64,000 nucleotides of DNA, from the NCBI GenBank assembly GCA_040218735.1, contig JAVJQW010000033.1, positions 160,001-224,000 on the forward strand. The letters are read 5' to 3'. Position 1 is the stretch's first letter. Each line of letters begins with the position of its first letter. The notes under the pieces are model-generated. The model had not been told where the DNA came from. It was given only the letters and a program-made list of their open reading frames with translations, and made no database searches. Positions 45,483 to 56,917 of this stretch are shown here, in pieces. Source of the DNA: Deltaproteobacteria bacterium. Lineage in GTDB: Bacteria > Myxococcota > Kuafuiibacteriia > Kuafuiibacteriales > Kuafuiibacteriaceae. The translations under genes and the position numbers were made by a program.

Positions 45483-47075
45483 GTGCAAGGTCTGGGCGTG
45501 TACCTGCTCCTCGAGGAGGTCGGGTCCGGTTCCAGCGGGACGGCTCACCTCGCCGTGCGCTCCGACGAGCGGACGGACGAGCTCTTCGTGGTCAAGCAGC
45601 TGAGGCCCGCCGTGGCGGCGGTCCCGGAGCATCTGAGCCGGTTCAAACACGAGGCGGCGATCGCGGTGATGGTCGATCACCCGAACGTGGTCGACGTCGT
45701 CGACGTGGGCCTCGCGGCCGAGCGGCCGTACATCGTGATGCGGTACGTCGAGGGCCCGACGGTCTCGATGCTGATGAACGCGCTGCTGCGTTCGAAGTCG
45801 CGGCTGTCCGTGGAGGCGGCGGTCGGGTTGGTGCGGGAGGCGTTGGCGGGGATCGAGGCGCTCCACACGGCGCGGCACCCGCGCACGGGAGAGCCGCTGG
45901 GGTTCGTGCACCGCGACCTCGCACCGAAGAACCTCATCGTCACGCGCGACGGGCGCCTGAAGCTGATCGACCTCGGGCTGGGGCGTTCGCGGCTCGGTGA
46001 GTGGCAGACGGAAGCCGGGCGCATCATGGGATCGATCGGCTACATGCCGCCCGAGCAGCTGCGGGGGGAGGCGGTGGATCAGCGTGCGGACCTGTGGTCA
46101 CTCGCGTGTGTCCTGTTCGAGCTGGTGACGCTGAGGCCCTACGTTCCGGGGCGCGGGCGTGAGCGGCTGCTCGCCACGTTGAAGACCGAGCCGCGCTCGA
46201 TGCGTGAAGTACGGCCGGACGTCCCGGTCGCGCTGGACGAGGTCGTGCTGCGCGCGCTCTCCACCACGCCGGCGGCGCGCTTCGAGTCGGCGTCGGCGCT
46301 GTCGCGCGCGCTCGAGCAGACCTGCGCCGCGCCTTCACCGAACGAGATCGCGCTGCACGTCGAAGGGGAGTTCGGTGAGGCGCTCGACGAACGGCGGCAC
46401 CGGCTGCGCGAGACCGCGCTGACGATCGTCGAGCCGCTGGAGATCACGGAGCACTATGAGCGCATCGCATCGCGCCCGGGTGCGGACGTGCCGATGTTCG
46501 GCACGTACGATGCGACGAAGGTGATCGCGGCGCCGACGCGCATCGACCGCCCGCCGTCGGTGCCCGAGCCGCGGCGAGCGCCGCGCCCGTCGGGGTATCG
46601 GTGGGGGGAGCTCGCGGCGATCACGGTCGTGGTCGCGATGATCGTGGCGGGTGGTGTGTACTTCGGGCTTCGACCTGCGCAGGAGCCGCCAGCGCAGATC
46701 GTGGCGCCGACACCGAACGTCGCGCCCGCCGCGGTGGCGACACCCAGCGCGCAGCCCCGGAAGGTCGAGGCGGCGCCGAACGCGGTGGCCGAGACGACGC
46801 CACCGAAGCCCCGGCGCGATCGCCCGAAGAAGGTGCGCCCGCGGACGCCCCGTCTCGACAAGAAGGCGCCGGAGGTTCGTGACGAGCCCGTGATCGCACC
46901 GCGGGCGCGTGCGGCGCGTCTGATGAAGCGGCTCCAGGGGATGCGCGCCGACGACGTCGCGGGCGCGGAGGCGCTGATCATGGAGCTGACGGCGCTGGAC
47001 CTGGTGCAGGATCCGGAGCGGTACACGGAGCGCCTCGGGCAGCTCGAGCGCCGCGCGAAGGCGTTGGCGCCGTAG
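45483..47075 (+). CDS. Hanks-type Ser/Thr protein kinase with TM helix
   Basis: VGSGSSG, VVKQL, VHRDLAPKN, IDLGLG, GSIGYMPPEQ, DLWS. Start estimated at GTG 45483. Confidence 0.9.
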   Translation: MQGLGVYLLLEEVGSGSSGTAHLAVRSDERTDELFVVKQLRPAVAAVPEHLSRFKHEAAIAVMVDHPNVVDVVDVGLAAERPYIVMRYVEGPTVSMLMNALLRSKSRLSVEAAVGLVREALAGIEALHTARHPRTGEPLGFVHRDLAPKNLIVTRDGRLKLIDLGLGRSRLGEWQTEAGRIMGSIGYMPPEQLRGEAVDQRADLWSLACVLFELVTLRPYVPGRGRERLLATLKTEPRSMREVRPDVPVALDEVVLRALSTTPAARFESASALSRALEQTCAAPSPNEIALHVEGEFGEALDERRHRLRETALTIVEPLEITEHYERIASRPGADVPMFGTYDATKVIAAPTRIDRPPSVPEPRRAPRPSGYRWGELAAITVVVAMIVAGGVYFGLRPAQEPPAQIVAPTPNVAPAAVATPSAQPRKVEAAPNAVAETTPPKPRRDRPKKVRPRTPRLDKKAPEVRDEPVIAPRARAARLMKRLQGMRADDVAGAEALIMELTALDLVQDPERYTERLGQLERRAKALAP

Positions 47076-47086
47076 TCGACGGCGAC

Positions 47087-47878
47087 TCAACACCCGGGCG
47101 GGCACATGCCTTCGCCGACGCAGGCGCAGTCCACGCCGGCGCCGCTCTGCGTGATGACCACGGCGGCGCCGACGGAGGCGGCGACCGCGGCGCCGACGCC
47201 GATCCACAACCACGGCGACGCCAAGACCGAGGACGCTTCCTGCAGACGCACCTCCAGCGTTTGTGACTCACCCGGCGCGAGCTGCAGGGCGCGGCGATCC
47301 GGTTCGTAGCCTTTGCGCTGAACCTCGATCTGCACCTCGCCTGGGTTCACCCAGAACGTCCCGTCCACGTCGCGGCGAACGGCGGGGACGAGGCGGACCG
47401 TGGCGTCGGCAGGGTCGGCGCGGATCGAGAGGCGGGAGAGGCGGACGAAGTGGGCGCGGTCGAGCGCTTCGTCGACCTGGAGCGCGATGCGATCCAGCGG
47501 CGCCCCCTCCTTGCCGCCGACGGCGCGGTGCACGAGTTTCTGCTCGTCGACGTCGATCAACAGCGTGCCCACGATCGGCGGCTGCACGGTGGTGTTCGCG
47601 ATGACGACGACGAGGTAACGCGCCGAGAAGTTCCTCGCTTCGCGGGCGAGGCACTCCGCTTCCAGCGCGCAGTCGCGCAGGCGATTGACGACGTCGCGGG
47701 GCGTGGTGAGGAACGTGGTTCGCGACATCACCGACACACCGGCGCGCGCTGCGACGGTGGCTTCGACGCGCTCGTGGACGCCGTCCGCCGTCACTTCGCC
47801 GAAGGACGCCTTCACCACCGGGAACACCGCGATCTGCGGCGCGGTCGCGGCGAGCAGCGCGAGCCAGGCGACGCTCAT
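47087..47878 (-). CDS. Exported PEGA-domain protein
   Basis: Signal peptide MSVAWLALLAA; C...C; PG...I.V...GY; C-terminal SPWLWIGVGAAV. Confidence 0.8.
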   Translation of the reverse strand: MSVAWLALLAATAPQIAVFPVVKASFGEVTADGVHERVEATVAARAGVSVMSRTTFLTTPRDVVNRLRDCALEAECLAREARNFSARYLVVVIANTTVQPPIVGTLLIDVDEQKLVHRAVGGKEGAPLDRIALQVDEALDRAHFVRLSRLSIRADPADATVRLVPAVRRDVDGTFWVNPGEVQIEVQRKGYEPDRRALQLAPGESQTLEVRLQEASSVLASPWLWIGVGAAVAASVGAAVVITQSGAGVDCACVGEGMCPPGC

Positions 47879-50529
47879 CGCGGCGTCACCGAGACCACGC
47901 GCTGACCCTCGCCCCCGATCATCACGAGGTCGTCCGTCACGGCGTACCCCGTGATGTACGTGAACGGCGTGGAGTCGCGTGGGCCCGCGCGCGGTTCGAC
48001 GGTCCCGTCGTCGTAGAGGAACGCCACCGCGTCGCCGAACCGAAGGGCCCCCAGCGGCGTGACCCACGACAGCGGCTTGGAGAAGTTGTGGAACCGCTGC
48101 TCCGCGGCGGACGGCTCGGGGAAGGGGCACAGCCCGAACGCCGCCTCCGCACAGAACTCCGGCTCGCGGCCGAGGACCCACGGGGAGACCGCCTGCGTGA
48201 ACGTCGTGCCCTCGATCTCCGTGACGCCGAGGACGACGCCGCGGTCCGCGCACGAGAGGTCGAGGGTCTTCGGGACGACTTCGCCGAACGGCTCGCCGAG
48301 GCGACGGTGCCAGAACCCTTCGACCGCGAGGGTTCGGTCGGCGCGCCACACGACGCGCCCCACGAGGTCGCGCCCCACGAGCCACGCCGTGCCGTCGCGC
48401 CCGGCGAGGTCGGTCCACTCCGGATCGACGACGCGCGGTTCGACCACCTGCGTGCTCGGGTCGTCCCACTCGACGTCGAGCTCGACGAACGCGCGGTCGA
48501 TCATCGCGAAGACCCGGCCGAAGCGATCGAGGAAGACGAACACCCCCGACGCCAGCGCGGCGCCCGCCACGAAGATCGCCGGGTCGTCGACCGGCGGCGC
48601 GACGCGATCGAGGACGCGCCCCTCGTCGATGTCGACGACGAACACGTCCACGCGATCGGGGAAGGTCGGCGGACACGGGATCCGCGTCGTGCCACGGCTC
48701 GTGCAGCGGTAGCGCGGCGCCTCGTGCGTGGTGACGACGAAGCGACTGGCGACGTCCGGGTCGGCGACGGCGAGGTCGGGGAGGGTGTTCTTGGACGGGG
48801 GGAAGCCGTCGACCTCGAAACGCGAGCGCAACACCACGCCGTCCTCGCGCGAGAACACCGCGGGCCCTCCGCTGAACGTCACGATGGAGCCGTCGTCGCG
48901 CGGCGCCATCGCGGCCATGGGGCCGTCGCGCCCTCCGCGTGTGCCGTAGATCTGGACGTACGTGTCGCTGTCCGGGCCGCGACGGAACAGAGAGCGCTCG
49001 GCGGTGACCGCGAGCTCGTAGTCCCCGCGCTCGAGGAGATCGAGCACCGGGCCGTGCACCTCCGGGAGCACCTCCGGCGTGGAGCCGTCCCACGGTCGTC
49101 CGATCCCGTTCGCGCGAAGGGTGACCTGGGTCCCCAGCACGTCGACCACCGTTTGGCCGAAGCCCCAGATGGTTCGGACACGTCCCGTCTGTGGATTGAC
49201 GGAGAGGGAGTGGCACCGCTCGAACGTCGTCGAGAGGGTCGCGACGGTGAGGGTCTCAGGGAGGTCCGCCGCGGTCTCGACGCCGGTCAGATCGATCGAC
49301 CACAACACCGAGCTCGCTCCCGTCGAGTTGAACCCGCGCGAGCAGAGGTTGAGCCGCCCGTCGGGCGCGAGTCCGTAGTCGTCGACGTAGTCGTGGGTGT
49401 AGAGGACGTCGTCGTGGAAGTACTGCCGCCCCTGCAGGCCGACGTGGCACGTCCACGCGGAGGTGGCGGCGTCCCGGACCACGAGCTCGCCGTGGTTCCC
49501 GACGATGACCACCGTGGGCGTCGTGATGCCGTTGGAGAACCGGAACGAGGACAGGTCACAGTCCGCCCCGAGCACCGTCTCCTCCGTACAGACGTACGTG
49601 TTGGGATCGCTCGGGCCGCAGCGGAAGATCTGTTTCGTCGCGTCGACATCGAGTGACGTGCCCGCGACGTAGAGCGCGCCGTCCGGACCCGCGAACATCG
49701 CTTGGACCAGCAGCGCGGGGAGGTCGACCCGGGGCTCGAGGCCACCTTCGTGCGTGACGACGCGGTAGATGGTGCCGTCGCCGGTCGGCTTCGGATCCGC
49801 CATCGCGACGAGGAGGCCGTCTTGGATCGGCGTCATCGCACGCACGTGGCCTTGGGCGTCGGTGAACTTTCGCTCCACGACCTGACCCGCCGCGTCGATC
49901 GTCACCGCGTAGGCCGGCGTCAGGCCGATGACGCGTCCGTCGTCGAAGAGGTAGCCCGAGCGGGTCGCGATGGACGAACCGGCCTCCTCCGAGACGATGT
50001 CGAAGCTGGCGACCTCGCGGATCGGTGCGTCGGGTGCACACGGGCAGGCGCCGGGCCACGTGACGAACACCCGCTTTGCAACTTCGCTTGCGAGGGTCGG
50101 GACGTTGACCACGGTCGGGCCTCCGACGTTCTCGTAGGCCTCCGCGGCGACGAACGCCGGGACGTGGCAGACGTCGCCGGGGCCGATGCGCTGAGGGGAC
50201 GAGACGGCTTCGAAGGTGCAGCGGCCGCACCCTCGAGTCGGTTCGGTCGTGGCTGTCGCGGCGGCGAGGGTTGCCTCGTCGAGGGGGTGACCGGCGCGGT
50301 CGACGAGCGCGCCGGCTTCGAAGCGCCAGACGAACAGCGTGCTCCCCTGTGGGAAGTCGATGCGGGTCGCGCGGCCGTCGACGAGGGTCTCGGCTTCGAG
50401 TCGGTCGCCGTCGAGCACGGCGATGACGGCGAGCTCTCCTGGGTCCAGCGCGACGGGGACGGCGTGCTGTTCACCCCGCGAGCAGGCCAAGACGAGCAGC
50501 AGCGCGAGCGTGATGGAGCGGCGTCCCAC
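47875..50529 (-). CDS. Large Cys-rich lipoprotein, predicted beta-propeller
   Basis: Lipobox VLAC; 884 aa beta-rich sequence; ATGA overlap with the PEGA gene. Confidence 0.75.
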   Translation of the reverse strand: MGRRSITLALLLVLACSRGEQHAVPVALDPGELAVIAVLDGDRLEAETLVDGRATRIDFPQGSTLFVWRFEAGALVDRAGHPLDEATLAAATATTEPTRGCGRCTFEAVSSPQRIGPGDVCHVPAFVAAEAYENVGGPTVVNVPTLASEVAKRVFVTWPGACPCAPDAPIREVASFDIVSEEAGSSIATRSGYLFDDGRVIGLTPAYAVTIDAAGQVVERKFTDAQGHVRAMTPIQDGLLVAMADPKPTGDGTIYRVVTHEGGLEPRVDLPALLVQAMFAGPDGALYVAGTSLDVDATKQIFRCGPSDPNTYVCTEETVLGADCDLSSFRFSNGITTPTVVIVGNHGELVVRDAATSAWTCHVGLQGRQYFHDDVLYTHDYVDDYGLAPDGRLNLCSRGFNSTGASSVLWSIDLTGVETAADLPETLTVATLSTTFERCHSLSVNPQTGRVRTIWGFGQTVVDVLGTQVTLRANGIGRPWDGSTPEVLPEVHGPVLDLLERGDYELAVTAERSLFRRGPDSDTYVQIYGTRGGRDGPMAAMAPRDDGSIVTFSGGPAVFSREDGVVLRSRFEVDGFPPSKNTLPDLAVADPDVASRFVVTTHEAPRYRCTSRGTTRIPCPPTFPDRVDVFVVDIDEGRVLDRVAPPVDDPAIFVAGAALASGVFVFLDRFGRVFAMIDRAFVELDVEWDDPSTQVVEPRVVDPEWTDLAGRDGTAWLVGRDLVGRVVWRADRTLAVEGFWHRRLGEPFGEVVPKTLDLSCADRGVVLGVTEIEGTTFTQAVSPWVLGREPEFCAEAAFGLCPFPEPSAAEQRFHNFSKPLSWVTPLGALRFGDAVAFLYDDGTVEPRAGPRDSTPFTYITGYAVTDDLVMIGGEGQRVVSVTPR

Positions 50530-50541
50530 CGAGGCGAGAGC

Positions 50542-51045
50542 TTAGCTGTTCGGCGGGTACTTGGCACTCAGCGCGGCGTACACGACCGGGGGCACGTAGC
50601 GTGAGAAGTCGCCGCCGTTCATCGCGATCTCCTTGACGAGGGAGCTGGAGATGTACACGTGCTCCGACTCGGTGAACATGAAGACGGTCTCCACGCTCGG
50701 CTCGAGGTCGCGGTTCGCGAGGCCGAGCTGGAACTCGTACTCGAAGTCGGTGAGGAGGCGCAGGCCGCGGACGAGGACACCGGCGCCCAGGCCGCGGCAG
50801 AAGTCGATCAGCAGCCCGGAGAACGACTGCACGTCGATGTTGTCGACGCTGCTGAGTGCGTCGCGAAGCATCTCGAGCCGTTCTTCGGTGGTGAAGAGGC
50901 TCTGCTTCGCGGGGTTCACTCCGATCGCGACGGTCACGCGATCGTACAGGCGCGCGGCGCGTTCGATGATCGCGGTGTGCCCGTACGTGACGGGGTCGAA
51001 CGAACCTGCATAGACGGCGTGTCGATAGTTGGGCGACGCCTTCAC
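50542..51045 (-). CDS. coaD: Phosphopantetheine adenylyltransferase
   Basis: YAGSFDPVTYGH, RGLR...DFEYE, ISSSLVKEIA. Start at GTG 51045. Confidence 0.96.
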   Translation of the reverse strand: MKASPNYRHAVYAGSFDPVTYGHTAIIERAARLYDRVTVAIGVNPAKQSLFTTEERLEMLRDALSSVDNIDVQSFSGLLIDFCRGLGAGVLVRGLRLLTDFEYEFQLGLANRDLEPSVETVFMFTESEHVYISSSLVKEIAMNGGDFSRYVPPVVYAALSAKYPPNS

Positions 51046-51054
51046 GATGCACGC

Positions 51055-51084
51055 ACGCTGTCTCGCGCCGTTTTTGGATGTCAA
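51055..51084 (-). promoter_or_regulatory. Sigma70-type promoter of coaD: TTGACA-N18-CAGCGT
   Basis: Perfect -35 on the minus strand (51079-51084); -10-like hexamer 9 nt before the GTG. Confidence 0.55.
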
Positions 51085-51115
51085 CGAAAGGAAGGTCTGA
51101 TACCTCTTTCGCGCC

Positions 51116-52231
<1,116 letters not shown>

Positions 52232-52232
<1 letters not shown>

Positions 52233-52642
52233 TGACGTTCGTCGACCGCATCGTGGTCGAGACGTCGGGGCGCTCGTTCGTAGACGTGACCTCGCGGGTC
52301 GCTCAGTGCGTCGCGTCGAGCGGCGTGCGTGACGGCCTCGCGAACGTGTTCATCCGCCACACCAGCGCGTCACTCGTCGTGCAGGAGAACGCGGACCCGG
52401 ACGTGCGCCGCGACCTGGAGCGCTTCCTCTCGGACCTGGTCCCCGACGGCGACCGCCGCTACCGCCACACCGCCGAGGGGCCCGACGACATGCCCTCGCA
52501 CGTGCGCGCGGTGCTGACCTCGACATCGGTCAACCTGCCGGTGCGAGACGGCCGATTGGCGCTGGGGACGTGGCAGGCGCTCTATCTGTGGGAGCACCGG
52601 CACGCGGCGCACCGGCGCACGCTGGACGTGACGATCGTGTAG
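52232..52642 (+). CDS. yjbQ: YjbQ/UPF0047 family protein
   Basis: HTSASL.VQENADPDV, H..EGPDDMPSH, LGTWQ.LYL.EH; TGATG overlap with prfB. Confidence 0.93.
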
Positions 52643-52681
52643 ACCTTGCAGCCGACGCGGTGTCCGGGTAGCGATCGGACC

Positions 52682-54088
52682 ATGGACGTCGGTGCTCTGA
52701 AGGCGCTGCTGAGCGCATCGGGTTACGACGTCCGGTTCCGTCGCGACGCGTGGGTGGAGTGTCTGCTCCTCGCGTCGGGCGAGACCTTCGTCGGACGAGG
52801 CGTGGACGACGACGCGGCGTTGCTCGCGGCGGTCGACGCCGCGTTCCCGTCTTCGTTGGCGAAGGCGTTGTTGGTGCAGGCGTTGGGCGCGCCCGTGGCT
52901 TCTGCGCCGCGGCCCGCTCCGCCGAAGCCGGCGGTCGGGCACCGCGCTGCGGAGCGCTCCGCGCCGCCGCTGGTGGACAAGACGTCGAATCGCCCCGCGC
53001 GTAACGATCATCAGCGCGCCATCGACGAGCTGCACGTGCTGAACGAGCGCGTCCGGGACTCGCGCGAGGAGCTGGGGTTGTGCACTTCGGAGCGCCAGCG
53101 CTTGGCGATCCTCGCGTGGATCTGCGAGGCGCGCGCGCACACCGACGTGTTCCCGGGCGACGAAAAGATCCGCGACGAGGTCGCGCAGGTTTCGCGGCAG
53201 CTCACCGAGATCGGCAAGGCGTTCTGGCCGGGGTCGGTGACCGCGCTGCAGCTCCAGATGCAGCCGAAGGATCTCCCGCGGCACCTGCTTGGCGGGACGG
53301 CGGCGACGTGGACGAGCGCTGCGGAGCTCGCCGAGCGTGCGCTGCACAGCATGGAGCACGCGGACGAGCGCCGCGGGCACGACGAACACGGCTGGGCCGA
53401 CTACGCGTACACCCAGCCGCCGCCGTCCGACGCGGACGCTACGCTCGCAGAGCTCGTCGCGGAGTTGGAGCGCTACGGCGGTTCGATCGAGCGCTACGCG
53501 GAGCCCCGCGACGCTTCGCAGAAGCCGGACGAGGAGCGATTCCTCCGCTGGGTCCGAACGCTGCGCTGGCTACGCGGGACCCACGTGGATCCGAACCAGT
53601 GGGCGCGCGCCACGGGTCGGCTTCGCTGGTGGGCCGGGCGCCGCGATCCCAACCTGACGCCGCACGGCAAGGAGCTGGACGGCGGCTTCGTCCCCACACG
53701 GCCCTGGGCCGAGCTGCTCCACCGCCCCGGCGCGCCGTCGCCGACGAACGGCCCGCCCGCGAAGCTGGTGACGCAGGCGCAGGCGCGCTGCGCCGGGAAG
53801 CGCATCGTGATCGTCAGCCACCGAAGGGACCCGGAGCTTCAGCGTCGCGTCGAGGGTGCGTTGGCGGGGGCATCGATCGACTGGGCGGTGTCCGAGCCGA
53901 AGCGCCTGGAGGCGCTCGCGCAGACGATCGGTGACTACGATCTGGTCCTCGGCGCGTTGGGGCTTCAAGCACCGCGCCCCGACTGCGCGCTCGCGCGCGC
54001 CTGCCGCGTCGCGGACACCCCGTACCTGCGCGTGAACCGCGGCCGCCCGGTCGCGTGCCTGCGGGCGATCGCGCGCGTCGGCGCCTGA
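52682..54088 (+). CDS. Hypothetical protein with C-terminal DUF2325-like domain
   Basis: Helical body, then RIVIV.......R....IDW....YDLVL......A..AC.....P. Confidence 0.6.
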   Translation: MDVGALKALLSASGYDVRFRRDAWVECLLLASGETFVGRGVDDDAALLAAVDAAFPSSLAKALLVQALGAPVASAPRPAPPKPAVGHRAAERSAPPLVDKTSNRPARNDHQRAIDELHVLNERVRDSREELGLCTSERQRLAILAWICEARAHTDVFPGDEKIRDEVAQVSRQLTEIGKAFWPGSVTALQLQMQPKDLPRHLLGGTAATWTSAAELAERALHSMEHADERRGHDEHGWADYAYTQPPPSDADATLAELVAELERYGGSIERYAEPRDASQKPDEERFLRWVRTLRWLRGTHVDPNQWARATGRLRWWAGRRDPNLTPHGKELDGGFVPTRPWAELLHRPGAPSPTNGPPAKLVTQAQARCAGKRIVIVSHRRDPELQRRVEGALAGASIDWAVSEPKRLEALAQTIGDYDLVLGALGLQAPRPDCALARACRVADTPYLRVNRGRPVACLRAIARVGA

Positions 54089-54156
54089 GCCGGAATCGAA
54101 CCGGTCCCACGTCTCGCGGGTTGGCGCCCGAGCGGGGAACTTGTTAGCGCACGCGT

Positions 54157-56853
54157 ATGACGTGGCGACGCAGTGGTTTGGGCCTCGCTGTGTTGCTCGC
54201 TGCGTGTTCCGAGGCGCGTGAGGCTCCGCCGCTGCGCGTCGAGGTGATGGGGTGTGTCGAGTGGCCGCGGGGCGAGGCGTGCGCGCTTGGGACCGCCCCG
54301 CTGACGCTGTGGATCGAGCGGCCCGCCGAGGTCGCGATCGACGGCGAGACGGTGGCCATCAGCGAGCGCGTCCCGGTGCAAGGCGGCTTGCGCCTGCGGG
54401 TCTCGGTGCGCCCTGGACGTCTGACGGTGACCGCGAAGGGGCGGCGTCCCTACGTGCTGCCCCTCGTCGCCGCAACCCCCGATCCGCGGTTCGCGGCCGT
54501 CGCCCGCCTGCGGCGGAGCGGTGCGCTGACGGATGCCGAGACGCTGGTCGCTCAGATCACCGCGACGTCGACGCCGAGCGGCGCACTCGCAGAAGCCGCA
54601 CGCAACGCGCTCGCGGCGGGACGAGAACACGAAGCCATTCGTCTGTTCGAAGCGAGCATCGCGGAGGGGGAACGTGAGGGACGGCCGCGGGCAGTGCTCC
54701 GCGATCGGACGGCGTTGGTCTACGTGATCATCGAGGGCGGGTTCCCGCCGGGTCGCGCTCGCCGAGAGCTGGATGCGCTCGCGCCGCTCGCGCAGAGGCA
54801 CGCCGAGGCTGCTGCAGACCTCGCGTACTCGCAGGCCTACTACGCGAGCAAGATGCGTGCGCCCAGGCCGGGGCTCGCCGCGGTGCGTGAGCTCCTCGCA
54901 CGAGCGGAGCGGTTGGGGCTCGACGAGAGCGAGCTCGACGGCCGCCAGATGCGCGTTGCGTTGTTGGTGCTCGCGGGACGCTGGGCCGAGGTCGCCGAGG
55001 AGTTGAGCCGGGTTCGCGCGACGTTGTCGACGCCGTGGTCCGCCTGCAAGCGCGGCGAGCTGCTCGCCAACCTCGGCTGGTACCAGCTACTGGGATACCG
55101 AGCGTCGCCAGAACACTTTCCGGAGCCACCGCAACCGATCCTCCAGCAGGCGGTGGTGGCGCTGAAGAAGGATTGCCCGCGCCCGACGCTCCTCGCGACC
55201 GCGGAGGTCAACCTCGGCTGGGCAGCGCTGTTCGCCGGACAACTCGACGAGGTTCGCGTTCGCCTGGGCGCGGCCGAAGCTGCGGACCCGACGCCCTCGC
55301 CGCGGGCTCGCTTGGACCGGCAGCACCTCGAGGCCGAGCTCCTGCTCGCCGCCGAACAGCACCGAGGCGCCCTGGATGCGTTCGTTGCGCTGGAAGCGCG
55401 CGCCGCGCAAGTCGGCTTGCCGTTCATAGGATGGCGCGCCGCCGTGGGGCGGGGGATGGCCCTCGAGGGCCTCTCGGACCTGCCGGGAGCCATCCGAGCC
55501 TACCAGGACGCCGAGCACCGGCTCGCCGCGCTGGCCGAGCGCGTCCCGCTTGGCGAAGGGCGTGACGGTCTGCTGTTCGAGCGCGGTGAGAGCGCCGAGC
55601 GTCTCGTCGACGCATTGACTCGCGCGGACCGCGGGGTCGAGGCCATCGAGGCCATCCGTCGTGCACGTCGCGGTGTCCTCTCTTGGTCACGCGGCGAGCG
55701 GGCGCTGCTCCTGCAACCCGTGGACGAGGAACGCGACGCCACGCAAGCTCGCTTGCGAGCGGCGCGGGCCGCCCTCGTGGACGCGGTGGCGGAGTCCTGG
55801 GCGTTGCCCGCGGACGCGCTCGCCCGCGACCGCGCCGCGCTCGATGCGAAGGCCGCAGAGGCGCGTGCTGCGCTCGACGCGTTCTGGTCGAATCGGCGCG
55901 ATGTCGTCGGAGCGACCGCGCTGGGCGCTGCGCCTACGCCGCTCCCAACGCCGCGGCCGGGTGATGCTTCGCTGTTCGTGCATCCCGTGGGGCAGGGGAT
56001 GGTCGCGTGGCTGTGGACCTCGACGGGTTTGTGGTCGGCGACATCGACCCAGGCCACGCCCGCGCAGCTGCGGCCGCTCGCCCCGCGCCTCGCGGGCATC
56101 ACTCGGCTCGAGGTGTACGCGTCCCCGGTGCTCGAGTCCCTGGACTGGGCGGGGTGGCGAGTCGATGAAGCTCCGCTGTTTCGGCGAACGGAGGTCGTCT
56201 TCCCGTTGGACCTCGGCCGCGTGGAGCCCGTAGCAGCTCCGGAAGCGCGGCCCAGAGCGCTGGTCGTCGCCGACCCCGCGGGCGCTTTGCCTCGAGCCCA
56301 GGACGAGGGCCGCGCGGTCGCCCGGGTGTTGAAGCGCCGGGGATTCGACGTCGTCGCTCTGATCGGGCCCACGGAGCGAAATCGGGTCCTCGAGGTGCTC
56401 GGCCAGCCGTGGGATCTGATGCACTACTCCGGACACGGCGAACAAGACGGCCTCGACGGCGTGGAAGGGGGGCTCGTCATGCAAGCTGGCTTGCGGATCT
56501 CCGTGACCGATGTGCTCGCGCTCCCGCGCGCGCCGCGGCGTGTGATTCTGGTTGCGTGTGACTTGGGGCGACGTGGGTCGCGTGAAGGGCGCCCGGGTCT
56601 GGGGATGACTCAGGCCTTCGTGCTCCGGGGCAGCGAACAGGTCGTGGCGGCTCTTCGGCCCGTTCGTGACCAGGACGCGACGCAGTGGTTGGGCGCGTTC
56701 CTCGACGCCTGGTCCTCGAGCCAGGACTTTGGGCCCGCCGTCCGCGCGGCGCGCGCCGCGTTGGCCGAGGACCGGCCCGAGGTGGATGCGGCGGCCTTTC
56801 GTGTTTGGACGTCCCGTGCAAGAACGAGGGCATTCGCCGCGAAGGACGAGTAG
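54157..56853 (+). CDS. TPR-CHAT (caspase-like) protease with lipoprotein signal
   Basis: Lipobox LAAC; TPR-like helical repeats; LVVADP.G.LP.A..E, HYSGHG (His), VILVACD (Cys), VVAAL.PV.D. Confidence 0.87.
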   Translation: MTWRRSGLGLAVLLAACSEAREAPPLRVEVMGCVEWPRGEACALGTAPLTLWIERPAEVAIDGETVAISERVPVQGGLRLRVSVRPGRLTVTAKGRRPYVLPLVAATPDPRFAAVARLRRSGALTDAETLVAQITATSTPSGALAEAARNALAAGREHEAIRLFEASIAEGEREGRPRAVLRDRTALVYVIIEGGFPPGRARRELDALAPLAQRHAEAAADLAYSQAYYASKMRAPRPGLAAVRELLARAERLGLDESELDGRQMRVALLVLAGRWAEVAEELSRVRATLSTPWSACKRGELLANLGWYQLLGYRASPEHFPEPPQPILQQAVVALKKDCPRPTLLATAEVNLGWAALFAGQLDEVRVRLGAAEAADPTPSPRARLDRQHLEAELLLAAEQHRGALDAFVALEARAAQVGLPFIGWRAAVGRGMALEGLSDLPGAIRAYQDAEHRLAALAERVPLGEGRDGLLFERGESAERLVDALTRADRGVEAIEAIRRARRGVLSWSRGERALLLQPVDEERDATQARLRAARAALVDAVAESWALPADALARDRAALDAKAAEARAALDAFWSNRRDVVGATALGAAPTPLPTPRPGDASLFVHPVGQGMVAWLWTSTGLWSATSTQATPAQLRPLAPRLAGITRLEVYASPVLESLDWAGWRVDEAPLFRRTEVVFPLDLGRVEPVAAPEARPRALVVADPAGALPRAQDEGRAVARVLKRRGFDVVALIGPTERNRVLEVLGQPWDLMHYSGHGEQDGLDGVEGGLVMQAGLRISVTDVLALPRAPRRVILVACDLGRRGSREGRPGLGMTQAFVLRGSEQVVAALRPVRDQDATQWLGAFLDAWSSSQDFGPAVRAARAALAEDRPEVDAAAFRVWTSRARTRAFAAKDE

Positions 56854-56917
56854 AGGGCCGTAGAGCCCTCGGGAAGCGAGGCCGTGAATGGCACGATTGA
56901 GGGATCGGTTCGGGGGG

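Noticed and set aside
54090-54104. tRNA T-arm-like CCGG-TTCGATT-CCGG on the minus strand just before the CHAT gene (tRNA or att remnant?)
   Set aside because: I could not fold an acceptor, D or anticodon stem. There is no second copy or integrase in the window.
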